64,000 bases of DNA from an uncultured Acidobacteriota bacterium. Lineage in GTDB: Bacteria; Acidobacteriota; Thermoanaerobaculia; Multivoradales; UBA5704. The position numbers and the translations under genes are program-made. The stretch covers positions 2,432,001-2,496,000 of the forward strand of contig CAVYRF010000002.1 in NCBI GenBank assembly GCA_963770895.1. Reading direction: 5' to 3'. The notes below the pieces were generated by a model. It saw only the letters and a program-made list of their open reading frames with translations. It had not been told where the DNA came from and ran no database searches. Positions 49,294 through 57,499 of this stretch are shown here, piece by piece (the first letter of the stretch is position 1; every line of letters starts with the position of its first letter).

Positions 49294-49506
49294 GTGCCCG
49301 ACAACCAGCTACCGACTGGCCGTCAGCGGCTTCCAAAAAAGGCGACCAGCTTTCGACTAACCGGAGAAGCCATGGAGCTACTTGAACGATTGGCACAGTA
49401 CTTAGGTGTCTCGAAAACGGCTGCAATCGAGATGGCATTGCGAAAGATGTGGCGAGATTCACACCTGAAGAGCTACGAGATGCCCAAGCCTGCCGACGGC
49501 CGTTAA
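49294..49506 (+). CDS. Ribbon-helix-helix (CopG-like) DNA-binding protein
   Basis: GGGAGG RBS; ATSFRL strand, then helix-G-VSKT-helix. Confidence 0.7.
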   Translation: MPDNQLPTGRQRLPKKATSFRLTGEAMELLERLAQYLGVSKTAAIEMALRKMWRDSHLKSYEMPKPADGR

Positions 49507-49618
49507 AGCAAGCCCTTTTGTGATCCGCGGAGGCGGCCGGCTGGTCGCTGAGGTGCCTCAGCATCTGACTATTAATGAACCTGTTGACACCGATCACGAG
49601 AATGGATAGAGTCTCTTC

Positions 49619-50509
49619 ATGTTCACCATCCGGCAGATTCAAGAGCGCTTCAGAACGCAGGAAGATTGCCTGGCCTACATCGTTGAAATGCGGTGGTCGG
49701 GTGGTGTCACCTGCCCCCGGTGCGGCAACGATCGCGTCTATGCCCTGAAGCAGCCCTTCAAGTGGCAGTGCAAGGCGTGCGCGAAGAACGGCTATCGCTT
49801 CTCCCCGCTGACCGGGACCATCTTCGAGAACACCAAGTACCCGCTTCGGGAGTGGTTCCAGGTGATCTTGATCATGTGCCAAGCGAAGAAGGGCATGAGC
49901 GCCTTGCAGGTGCAACGGCACATCGGCATGGGCGCGTACCGGACGGCCTGGTACATGTGCCATCGCATCCGAGCTGCTATGCAGGACCCGGACTTTCAGT
50001 TGCTCACCGGCGTTGTCGAGGTCGATGAAACCTACATCGGCGGCAAGGCCAAGAACCGGCACGGCGGGGGCGTTGGCGGCGGGAGCAAGAAGGGCCAGGG
50101 CGGGCGTGGTGCCGCCGGCAAGGTGGGCGTGATCGGCGCCATCTCCCGCAAGGGCAACGTCGTGTGCCACATGATCGAGGCTACCGACGCCAAGACCCTG
50201 GAGGGCTTCGTAGACAAGACCGTTGCCGATCGCGTCTCCATGGTCGCGACCGATGAGCACCAGGGCTACCGGGGAGTCAGCAAGAAGCGCCGCCACGAGT
50301 CGGTCAACCACTCGGCCGGCGAGTATGTGCGCGGCGAGGTCCACACCGCCAATATCGATAGCTTCTGGTCCCTGATCAAGCGCGGCATCATGGGGAGCTG
50401 CCACCACGTCTCCAAGACCTATCTGCCGCTCTATCTCAACGAGTTTTCGTTCCGGCACAACAACCGGAAGAACGACGACATCTTCTCGGCCGTGGTGGCG
50501 GGATCGTGA
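49619..50509 (+). CDS. IS1595-family transposase
   Basis: Zn ribbon CPRC/CKAC, HTH, VEVDETYIGG, TDE, HTANIDSFWS and YLNEF.FR.N. Confidence 0.93.
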   Translation: MFTIRQIQERFRTQEDCLAYIVEMRWSGGVTCPRCGNDRVYALKQPFKWQCKACAKNGYRFSPLTGTIFENTKYPLREWFQVILIMCQAKKGMSALQVQRHIGMGAYRTAWYMCHRIRAAMQDPDFQLLTGVVEVDETYIGGKAKNRHGGGVGGGSKKGQGGRGAAGKVGVIGAISRKGNVVCHMIEATDAKTLEGFVDKTVADRVSMVATDEHQGYRGVSKKRRHESVNHSAGEYVRGEVHTANIDSFWSLIKRGIMGSCHHVSKTYLPLYLNEFSFRHNNRKNDDIFSAVVAGS

Positions 50510-50706
50510 CGGGCGCCGGTTCCCCGAAGAAGCCGGCCGCTCCTCGCAAGAGGAAGAAAAGAGCAGGCCCGGTGAGCCTGCATCCGCTGAGCTTTGATGA
50601 GGCGATGCGAGCATTGCTAGCGGTTAAGCCCAAGCCACGATCTGTGCAGCAGGAGAGTTCCCAGGACGCCGAAGATCCAGGAAATCGGCAAGAAGAGGAT
50701 TGCTAG
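50506..50706 (+). CDS. Small basic protein coupled to the IS1595 transposase
   Basis: GTGA overlap with the transposase stop; PVSLHPLSFDEAMRALLAVKP. Confidence 0.5.
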   Translation: MTGAGSPKKPAAPRKRKKRAGPVSLHPLSFDEAMRALLAVKPKPRSVQQESSQDAEDPGNRQEEDC

Positions 50707-50796
50707 GTTAAAACGCGCTACGAGTAGAAGCCAAGCAACCCTCAGGAAAAGTCCAGTGATAATCAGCGCTACTCCCCCTATGACGGAGCTGATCTC

Positions 50797-51480
50797 ATGC
50801 CCAACGCTATGCCTCCCCTGCCGATCCACCATCAACTGACGGTGCCGGCCGCGCCGCCGTCGACCATTTTCGGTCTCTCGTATCCGCAACTCGAAGCGTT
50901 CGCCACCGGCGCGATAGCCGCTCTCACTTTCGTATATATCATCGTCGCGTTCTGCCAGTGGCTGGCCATGCGTACGGCGCTGAAGCAAACCCGCATCAGC
51001 AATGACGCCACAAAGGAGAGTAACCGGATCGCCGCTGAGAGCGCGGAGCTTGAGAATCGCGCGTGGCTCGTTGCCGTGCCCATGCCTCTCCCCCAAATTA
51101 CCACTCATACCACCACAGCTAACATCAGAGTTATGAACGTGGGCCACATCCCCGCGACATCCGTCATCGTGCGCGCATTCGGCGCGATCTCACCCGGCCC
51201 GGACGTGCCAAGCAACATTGTGCTGGTCGAGGAGCACGATCCAGGTGTCTGTACTCTCGCGCCTGGCACCAACTATGCGCTCACTTCTGCGGCTCCACTG
51301 CATGACCTCACTGAGGAGAACTTGGTGGCAGCGCACGATGGAACTATGACCCTCTTTGTGTATTGTGACATCAGCTACACAGATTGGTTCAAGAAGCCCA
51401 GGAGAACGATCGCCTGCTCGTATTACAGGTTTGATCAGAATGCTTGGGCGACGGCCACGAAACATGAGCGCCTTGACTAA
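50797..51480 (+). CDS. Hypothetical membrane-anchored protein (IS cargo)
   Basis: GGAG RBS; TM helix, short coiled coil, RAWL, N.G..PA and Y..ISY.D.F....T..C. Confidence 0.7.
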   Translation: MPNAMPPLPIHHQLTVPAAPPSTIFGLSYPQLEAFATGAIAALTFVYIIVAFCQWLAMRTALKQTRISNDATKESNRIAAESAELENRAWLVAVPMPLPQITTHTTTANIRVMNVGHIPATSVIVRAFGAISPGPDVPSNIVLVEEHDPGVCTLAPGTNYALTSAAPLHDLTEENLVAAHDGTMTLFVYCDISYTDWFKKPRRTIACSYYRFDQNAWATATKHERLD

Positions 51481-51486
51481 GGGATC

Positions 51487-52098
51487 TTGACCATGATTCG
51501 ACACCATGTGGTGAGTTATGCTTTTGACTCTTCTCTCCTGAGCGCTGCATGCGACGCGATCATTGCTTTCTTTTCGGTGCGGATCTGGATCGTTTACCGC
51601 AACCAGCTCACAACAATGAAGCGCGCTCTTGCCGAGACTCGGGCGAGCAATGAGATAGCCGAGCGAGCGCTGGTACTCGGGCGCCGAGCGTGGCTCGTCA
51701 TTCAGGGGACGCCGATATTCAAGGGGAGCGGTGGCTGGGTCTTCAGCGACGTCACCATCGCGAATGTCGCGGAGATACCCGCTATAATTGGCTGTTTCGG
51801 CAGCGGTCGCATTGAGGGAGAGCCTCAGATGTTGGATCTTGAGAAGGGGCAGCGCAGCAACGCAACAGAGATCATCGTTGGCGGCAACATTGTGCACCTC
51901 AATCTCCCAGCGGTACCGCCACCGACTTACGATCTGGCCAACCATGCTGCTACCTGGGAAGATATTGGTCAAGCTAAGATCTACTGCTTTGTTGAATATA
52001 CAGATTGCTTCGAGAAGAAATGGCTGACAACCGCCTGTTGGAAACCCGATGGCGAAGGCGGTTGGCGGAGGGTGGGCGAGTACACTACGCTGAAGTAG
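51487..52098 (+). CDS. Hypothetical membrane-anchored protein, paralog of the upstream gene
   Basis: Same motif order: hydrophobic segment, RAWL, N....PA and Y..VEY.D.F....T..C. Confidence 0.65.
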   Translation: MTMIRHHVVSYAFDSSLLSAACDAIIAFFSVRIWIVYRNQLTTMKRALAETRASNEIAERALVLGRRAWLVIQGTPIFKGSGGWVFSDVTIANVAEIPAIIGCFGSGRIEGEPQMLDLEKGQRSNATEIIVGGNIVHLNLPAVPPPTYDLANHAATWEDIGQAKIYCFVEYTDCFEKKWLTTACWKPDGEGGWRRVGEYTTLK

Positions 52099-52112
52099 AG
52101 ATGCGGGGCTTA

Positions 52113-53250
52113 GGAGTCGCGCCAGATTAACCTGACTATCTTTTGCGACGCTTGGGGCGAATGGCGTAGTTCCAATCGCCATGAAAGCTGGCGCGCTTCA
52201 GATTGACGGTCGCGAGTTCTTCGTCTGCGACAGTAACCCCGGTCGGATAGCTACCCCGGTCGAGTTCGGCACGGATCTCCAGTCCTGCCTTGGTCACGGT
52301 GGTAGCGATGAGATTGATGATGACGTCGTGACTGATCAACGGTTTGCCCCGCCAGTTTTCGGTGATGTGGCAGAACATCCGATGCTCGATTTTGTTCCAC
52401 TTGCTGGTGCCCGGCGGGAAGTGGCAGACGTTTATGGTCAGGCCCAGCTGGCTCGCCAAGTCTTGCAGCGCAACCTTCCAGAGCCGGCAGCGGCTGCCGT
52501 TGCTGCCACCACCATCGGCGGTGATCAGCAGCTCACGGGCGTTGGGGTAGCGAGGGGAACCCATCTTGCGCCACCAGCGACGGATCGCTTCGACGGCGAA
52601 CCGGGCTGTGTCGTGGTCCACGCCAACGCTCACCCACCCCTCATTCGAGCTCAGGTCATACACGCCATAGGGAATGGCTTTACCCAACTCGGAGTCCACG
52701 AAGTCGTAGATTTTGACCGACTCTGGATTTCCCTTCGGTCGCCACTCACGTCCGGCATTCTTGAACGCGCCGACCAGTTCCTTTTTCTTCGTGTCCACCG
52801 AGATGACCGGCTGGCCCCGCTTCTGAAACGCCTGGACCGTGCGGCTGATGTGCTCGAACTGGGTGTTGCGGTCCGGATGCGCGGCGCCCTCCAAGGTCTT
52901 GCGGTTGCTCTGCAGGCTGTAGCCTGCCGCATTCAGCAGCCGCCCTACGCTCCGCGGGCTCAAGGCGTGTCCCTGCCCCGTCAACGCTGCCGCCAACTGG
53001 GTCGTGCTCTTGCAAGTCCAGCGCAATGGGGATTCCGGGTCGCCGCGCGTCACGGGATCAACCAAATGCTCCAACGCATCCAGCAGGTCAGGGTCATTCT
53101 CGCTCAGCGCCTTGCGCCCGCCACCAGGTCGGCGAACTCGCAAGTCTACTGGCACATCCGGATGAGACTGCCGGTCCTGCAACTCCGCCAAACCCCGCCG
53201 GATCGTATTCGGCGACATGCCGATAGCCCCGCTCACCGCACGCACTCCAG
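52113..53250 (-). mobile_element. ISAzo13-family (rhodopirellula transposase) element, 5'-truncated
   Basis: Transposase motifs GDPESPLRWT.KS, ISVDTKKKELVG, ITADGGGSN and PPGTSKWNKIEHR, with stop at 52136. Putative right end GGAGTCGCGCCAG after TTA; the usual N-terminal ~35 aa are absent. Confidence 0.85.
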
Positions 53251-53255
53251 CCGCC

Positions 53256-53444
53256 CCGACACCGCTGCTCAGAATGTCGGGCAAGTGGCTGGCAAACGCC
53301 GGCTTCACTCCTGGCCGCTTCTTCTTCGCCATCGTCGCGGAGCCCGGCCGCGTGGTCCTGGCCCTGATTCCGAAGCTCAAGGGTATCCGCCAGCGCAAGC
53401 CGCGAGCCGATCGGGGCGACAGCCAGCAGCACCAGGGCGACTAG
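53256..53444 (+). pseudogene. SymE-like toxin fragment lacking its N-terminus
   Basis: PLLRMSGKWLANAGFTPG....IVAEPGRVVL matches the SymE core P.L.L.G.WL..AGF..G....V.V..G.IVL. Confidence 0.6.
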
Positions 53445-53468
53445 CGACAGCGCGGAGGCACGAACACC

Positions 53469-53822
53469 ATGCCAAGCCCAAAGCCGCCGCGCTGGAAGCT
53501 GTCCGAGTCGTTCCGCGAGACAACCCTGATTCTGATCGATCGGCCGAAGTACCGGAAGGCGCTTCGCCAGGTGGGCCGCCTCATCTACCACATGGCTGTT
53601 GAGCTGGGCCGGTTCGAGTGCTCCGGCGGGGAGACCACCTCCCATGCCGAGCTGCGGGCCGCCGCCGCCGAGCTGCGTTTCATCGAAGGGTTCCTGGGCT
53701 CTCTTCGCAAGGGTGCCGACGAGTCGCTTCTGGAACCCGCGGACGAGAACCTTGCCATCTTCGCCGGCCACGTGGCGCCGCAGGTGGGCGCCTTGGCGGC
53801 TTCGATCGAAGAGCGTTTGTAG
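53469..53822 (+). CDS. Hypothetical helical protein (IS cargo)
   Basis: GGAGG RBS, 117-aa ORF with coding-like codon usage, ending 63 bp before the right TIR. Confidence 0.6.
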   Translation: MPSPKPPRWKLSESFRETTLILIDRPKYRKALRQVGRLIYHMAVELGRFECSGGETTSHAELRAAAAELRFIEGFLGSLRKGADESLLEPADENLAIFAGHVAPQVGALAASIEERL

Positions 53823-54246
53823 GCTGCTGGCTGCCGACCCGGCCGGCGAGCACCGGGCCGCCGCCGGGTGATTTTTCAGGCTGCCGGTGTCAACAGAGGC
53901 ATAATCGCCCTTGCTTTGGAGGTCGACAGCTCGTAGCCGGGCCTTCGGGTGATGCGGGTACTGGACCGTCTTGCCGGCCAGCGGGGCCTGCCGCAGACCC
54001 TTGTCGTGGATAACGGTCCGGAGTTCGCTGGAAAGGTCCTCGACCTCTGGGCTCACCAGAACAAGGTGCATCTCCATTTCATCCGGCCTGGCCGGCCGAT
54101 CGAGAACGCCTTTGTGGAGAGCTTCAACAGTCGTTTTCGGGACGAGTGCCTCAACCAGCACTGGTTCACCAGCCTCGCCGATGCTCGGACCAAAATTAAG
54201 GCTTGGCGCGACGACTACAACGCTCGACGTCCCCATAGCGCGCTAG

Positions 54247-55719
54247 CAGCCCGTGGTGCAAGTAGTTGTCGAGGGGCCTGGCACCTGCGAGACTTGTCGC
54301 ACTTGCGGAGGTTTGGCGAATGGCGATGGGCAAGAAGAAGGGCCTGCAAGGGGACATGTGGATCGCGACGGGCGACCTGGCCCGCGGTCCTGGCCATCCG
54401 TTCTACGAACGCTTGAACCGGGTGCTGGAACAGCACGGTTTCGACGGTTTCGCGGAGGCGCAGTGCCAGAGCTTCTATGCGGAGCGGATGGGCCGGCCGT
54501 CGCTGCCGCCGGGCACCTACTTCCGCTTGCTTCTGATCGGCTATTTCGAAGGGCTCAACTCGGAACGAGGGATCGCCTGGCGGGTGTCGGATTCGCTGAC
54601 GCTACGAGATTTCTTGGGTTTGCGCCTGTCGGAAGCCCCACCGGATCACTCAACGATTTCGCGCAACCGGCGTCTGCTCGACGTGGAGACGCACCAGGAG
54701 GTCTTTGCCTGGGTCCTGGTGATTTTGGGGCAGGAAGGCCTTTTGCGCGGGCAGACGATTGGGGTCGACGCCACGACTCTGGAAGCCAACGCGGCGATGA
54801 AAAGCATCGTGCGGCGGGACACCGGCGAGGGCTACAAGGAGTTTCTCCAGCGTCTTGCTCAAGAGAGCGGCAAGGCGACGCCGACACGTGCAGAACTGGC
54901 ACGTAAAGACAAGAAACGAAAAGGGAAAGGGTCGAACGACGACTGGACGAACCCGCACGATCCTGACGCCAAGATCACCAAGATGAAAGATGGCCGAACT
55001 CATCTGGCGCACAAAGCGGAGCACGCCGTGGATCTGGAGACCGGAGCGGTCGTCGCGGTGACCATCCAGCCGGCGGATCGAGGTGACACGCAGAGCTACG
55101 AGCAGACCCTGAGCGAAACGCTGGAGAACCTGGCGGCCCTGCCCGATTCCACCCCGTTGTCGACGCAGGCACTGCGGGATGTCGTGGCCGACCGGGGCTA
55201 TCACAGCGGCGCGGTGCTGGTGCGGATGCAGGAGCTCGGCGTGCGCAGCTACATCGCGGAGCCCAAACGGCCGCGCCGGAAGTGGCGGGGTCGGATCGGC
55301 GAACAAAAAGCCACCTACGCCAACCATCGTCGGATGCGCGGGGATCGCGGCAAGAGGCTGGCCCGCTGGCGCTGCGAGAAGGTGGAGCGCAGCATGGCCC
55401 ACAGCTACGAAACCGGCGGTCTGCGGCGCCTTTTTCTGCGCGGTCACGCCAACATCCTCAAGCGCCTCTTGATTCACGAGGCAGGCTTCAACTTGGGCCT
55501 CGTGATGCGCCAGCGAATCGGCCATGGCACCCCGCGCGGCCTTCAGGGACGCCTCCGCCGCTGGCTTTCTCTTGGTTTTGGCCTCCTCGAAGCCCTACGC
55601 CTCGACTCCTGGGCCAGGTCGCTTCAAACCTGGATGTCTCGGATCGATCTCATCACCTACTTTGCCATGGCCCCCCGCGATCTTGCCCACCGTCAGAATC
55701 CGGCTTGCACCACGGGCTG
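54247..55719 (+). mobile_element. IS1182/IS5-like insertion sequence
   Basis: Perfect 16-bp TIRs CAGCCCGTGGTGCAAG and a CTAG TSD at 54243-54246 and 55720-55723. Confidence 0.92.
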
Positions 55720-55723
55720 CTAG
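54320..55723 (+). CDS. DDE transposase (DUF772-type N-terminus)
   Basis: GRPSLPP, SERGIA, PDHSTISR, VDATTLEANA, DPDAK, VADRGY and VERS.A. Confidence 0.9.
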   Translation: MAMGKKKGLQGDMWIATGDLARGPGHPFYERLNRVLEQHGFDGFAEAQCQSFYAERMGRPSLPPGTYFRLLLIGYFEGLNSERGIAWRVSDSLTLRDFLGLRLSEAPPDHSTISRNRRLLDVETHQEVFAWVLVILGQEGLLRGQTIGVDATTLEANAAMKSIVRRDTGEGYKEFLQRLAQESGKATPTRAELARKDKKRKGKGSNDDWTNPHDPDAKITKMKDGRTHLAHKAEHAVDLETGAVVAVTIQPADRGDTQSYEQTLSETLENLAALPDSTPLSTQALRDVVADRGYHSGAVLVRMQELGVRSYIAEPKRPRRKWRGRIGEQKATYANHRRMRGDRGKRLARWRCEKVERSMAHSYETGGLRRLFLRGHANILKRLLIHEAGFNLGLVMRQRIGHGTPRGLQGRLRRWLSLGFGLLEALRLDSWARSLQTWMSRIDLITYFAMAPRDLAHRQNPACTTGC

Positions 55724-56129
55724 GTGATCGCGCGCCCAGAGTCTTTGCCGTTTTGACCCAAGAGCTGCGAGAGCCTTCGTCTCTCGCAGCTCCCCCCGCC
55801 CCTTTGGCTGGGACGTCTAACCCGCCGCCGAGGACTCACCTTTCCACCTGATCAGTCATTGGGGGCACGTCATGTGGTTCGCCGATCGTGTCGACTTCGT
55901 TCCAGGGCGGTGAGACGGGTGAACGCTCGGGGACGGTTGGGTGGCGGGCAATCCCCGTTCGCGCGTCCGCCCCTTACGGGAGAAGCCTGGATCACCTCTG
56001 GGTCGCCCGAAGCAGCGATCTTTCCATGCCTCGAATCCTGCCAGGGGGTGTCTTGCGACCTTAAGGATGTTAGAGTGGGCTATCCGAGGCGGGCTCCTTC
56101 TGGACGGCGCTCCTATAATGGGAGGTGTT

Positions 56130-57353
56130 ATGACAATCACCGAACCCTCTCCCTTTGCTTCCATCGAAGATGCGATGGCGCACTTCCGCGCCGGTGGCAT
56201 GGCCATCATCGTGGACGACGAAGACCGCGAAAACGAAGGCGATCTGGCGATCGCCGCCGAAAAGGTCAGCGCCGACTCGATCAACTTCATGGCCCGCTTC
56301 GGCCGCGGCCTGATCTGTCTTGCCCTGTCCGAAGAGCACTGCCGCCGTCTCGACCTGCCGCTGATGGTTGAGACCAACACCTCGCCGTTCGGCACCGCCT
56401 TCACCGTCTCGATCGAGGCGCGGGGCAAGATCACCACCGGCATCTCGGCGGCCGACCGCGCCGCCACCGTGCTGACCGCGATCGACCCCGCGACCGGTCC
56501 CGACGACCTGCTGCGTCCCGGCCATATCTTCCCGCTGCGGGCGCGCAAGGGCGGCGTGCTCAAGCGCGCCGGCCAGACCGAAGCTTCGGTCGACCTGGCC
56601 TCGCTTGCCGGCCTGCAGTCCGCCGCGGTGATCTGCGAGATCATGAACGACGACGGCACCATGGCGCGGGTGCCGGACCTGATCCGCTACTGCCAGGAGC
56701 ATCCGGGCCTGGTGATGATCACCGTCTCGGACCTCATCCGCTACCGCCTGCGCCATGAAACCCTGGTGCGCAAGCTGGCGGCGCCGCGCCTGCCCACCGC
56801 CTACGGCGACTTCCGCATCCACGCCTACGTCTCGGACGTCACCGGCGATGAGAACGTCGCGCTGGTCATGGGCGACATCGACCCCGAAGAGCCGGTCCTG
56901 GTGCGCGTCCACAGCCAGTGCCTCACCGGCGACATCTTCGGCTCGGCGCGCTGCGACTGCGGCATGCAGCTCCAGACCGCCCTGGACAAGATCGCCCAGG
57001 AGGGCCGCGGCGTCCTGCTCTACCTCCTGCAAGAGGGCCGCGGCATCGGCCTGATGAACAAGCTGCGCGCCTACGAGCTCCAGGAACAGGGCCACGACAC
57101 CGTCGAAGCCAACGAGCGCCTGGGCTTCCGTCCCGACCAGCGCGACTACGGCGTCGGCGCCCAGATCCTGCGCGACCTGGGCGTCCGCAAGATGCGCCTG
57201 ATGACCAACAACCCCAGCAAATACATCGCCCTCAACGGTTACGGCCTGGAAATCGTCGAGCGCCTGCCGCTGGAGATGCCCCCGACCGATTCCAGCCGCG
57301 CCTACCTCCGCACCAAACGCGAAAAGCTGGGCCACCTCCTCAAGCTGGTCTGA
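56130..57353 (+). CDS. ribBA: Bifunctional DHBP synthase / GTP cyclohydrolase II
   Basis: [49 protein letters not shown] and MTNNP.K. Confidence 0.96.
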   Translation: MTITEPSPFASIEDAMAHFRAGGMAIIVDDEDRENEGDLAIAAEKVSADSINFMARFGRGLICLALSEEHCRRLDLPLMVETNTSPFGTAFTVSIEARGKITTGISAADRAATVLTAIDPATGPDDLLRPGHIFPLRARKGGVLKRAGQTEASVDLASLAGLQSAAVICEIMNDDGTMARVPDLIRYCQEHPGLVMITVSDLIRYRLRHETLVRKLAAPRLPTAYGDFRIHAYVSDVTGDENVALVMGDIDPEEPVLVRVHSQCLTGDIFGSARCDCGMQLQTALDKIAQEGRGVLLYLLQEGRGIGLMNKLRAYELQEQGHDTVEANERLGFRPDQRDYGVGAQILRDLGVRKMRLMTNNPSKYIALNGYGLEIVERLPLEMPPTDSSRAYLRTKREKLGHLLKLV

Positions 57354-57499
57354 TCCCCGTCCGTCCCCCACACGCCGGCGCCAGGCACGGAGCAGTGCCT
57401 GGCCGGCTTGTGGTTTGGCCTGGGCGGGGGCTGGTAGGCTCTGGCGGGGCGGGCCGCTGGCGGCGCGTTCCGGTCTTGGCTGGCGGCGGGGCTCCCAGG

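Larger units (their letters stand above)
49189..53909 (+). mobile_element. IS1595-family transporter element carrying passenger genes
   Basis: 24-bp TIRs GGCGATTATG(A/C)CTCTGTTGACACC (23/24 identical) and an 8-bp TSD CTTGCTTT at 49181-49188 and 53910-53917. Confidence 0.93.
48734..55851 (+). pseudogene. IS3-family transposase OrfB in three pieces (48734-49188, 53918-54246, 55724-55851)
   Basis: RYGYRR, WSMDF and SRECLAL | EVDSS*PG (TAG at 53934), DNGPEF, NAFVESFN and RPHSAL | GDRAP..F. Confidence 0.9.
48403..55872 (+). mobile_element. IS3-family element (IS407-group-like), interrupted by two nested insertions
   Basis: IRL TGACGTGCCCCCTGGAACTGG at 48403 and IRR (revcomp TGACGTGCCCCCAATGACTGA) ending at 55872. 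Removing both inserts and their TSDs leaves 1264 bp. Confidence 0.92.

Noticed and set aside
53241-53248. CGCACTCC at the ISAzo13 truncation point resembling a cryptic left end
   Set aside because: Only a short partial match to the right end and not followed by the expected TTA duplication, so it may be coincidence.
53251-53398. N-terminal part of the 420-aa ISAzo13 ORF
   Set aside because: It is not transposase-like; it is the antisense reading of the SymE-like fragment.
55895-55986. Possible FMN riboswitch upstream of ribBA (starts TTCCAGGGCGG, ends GGGAGAAG)
   Set aside because: About 90 nt, too short, and it lacks the conserved GTGAAATTCCC.ACCGGCGGT and ACAGTCCGGATG cores. An Rfam RF00050 scan would settle it.
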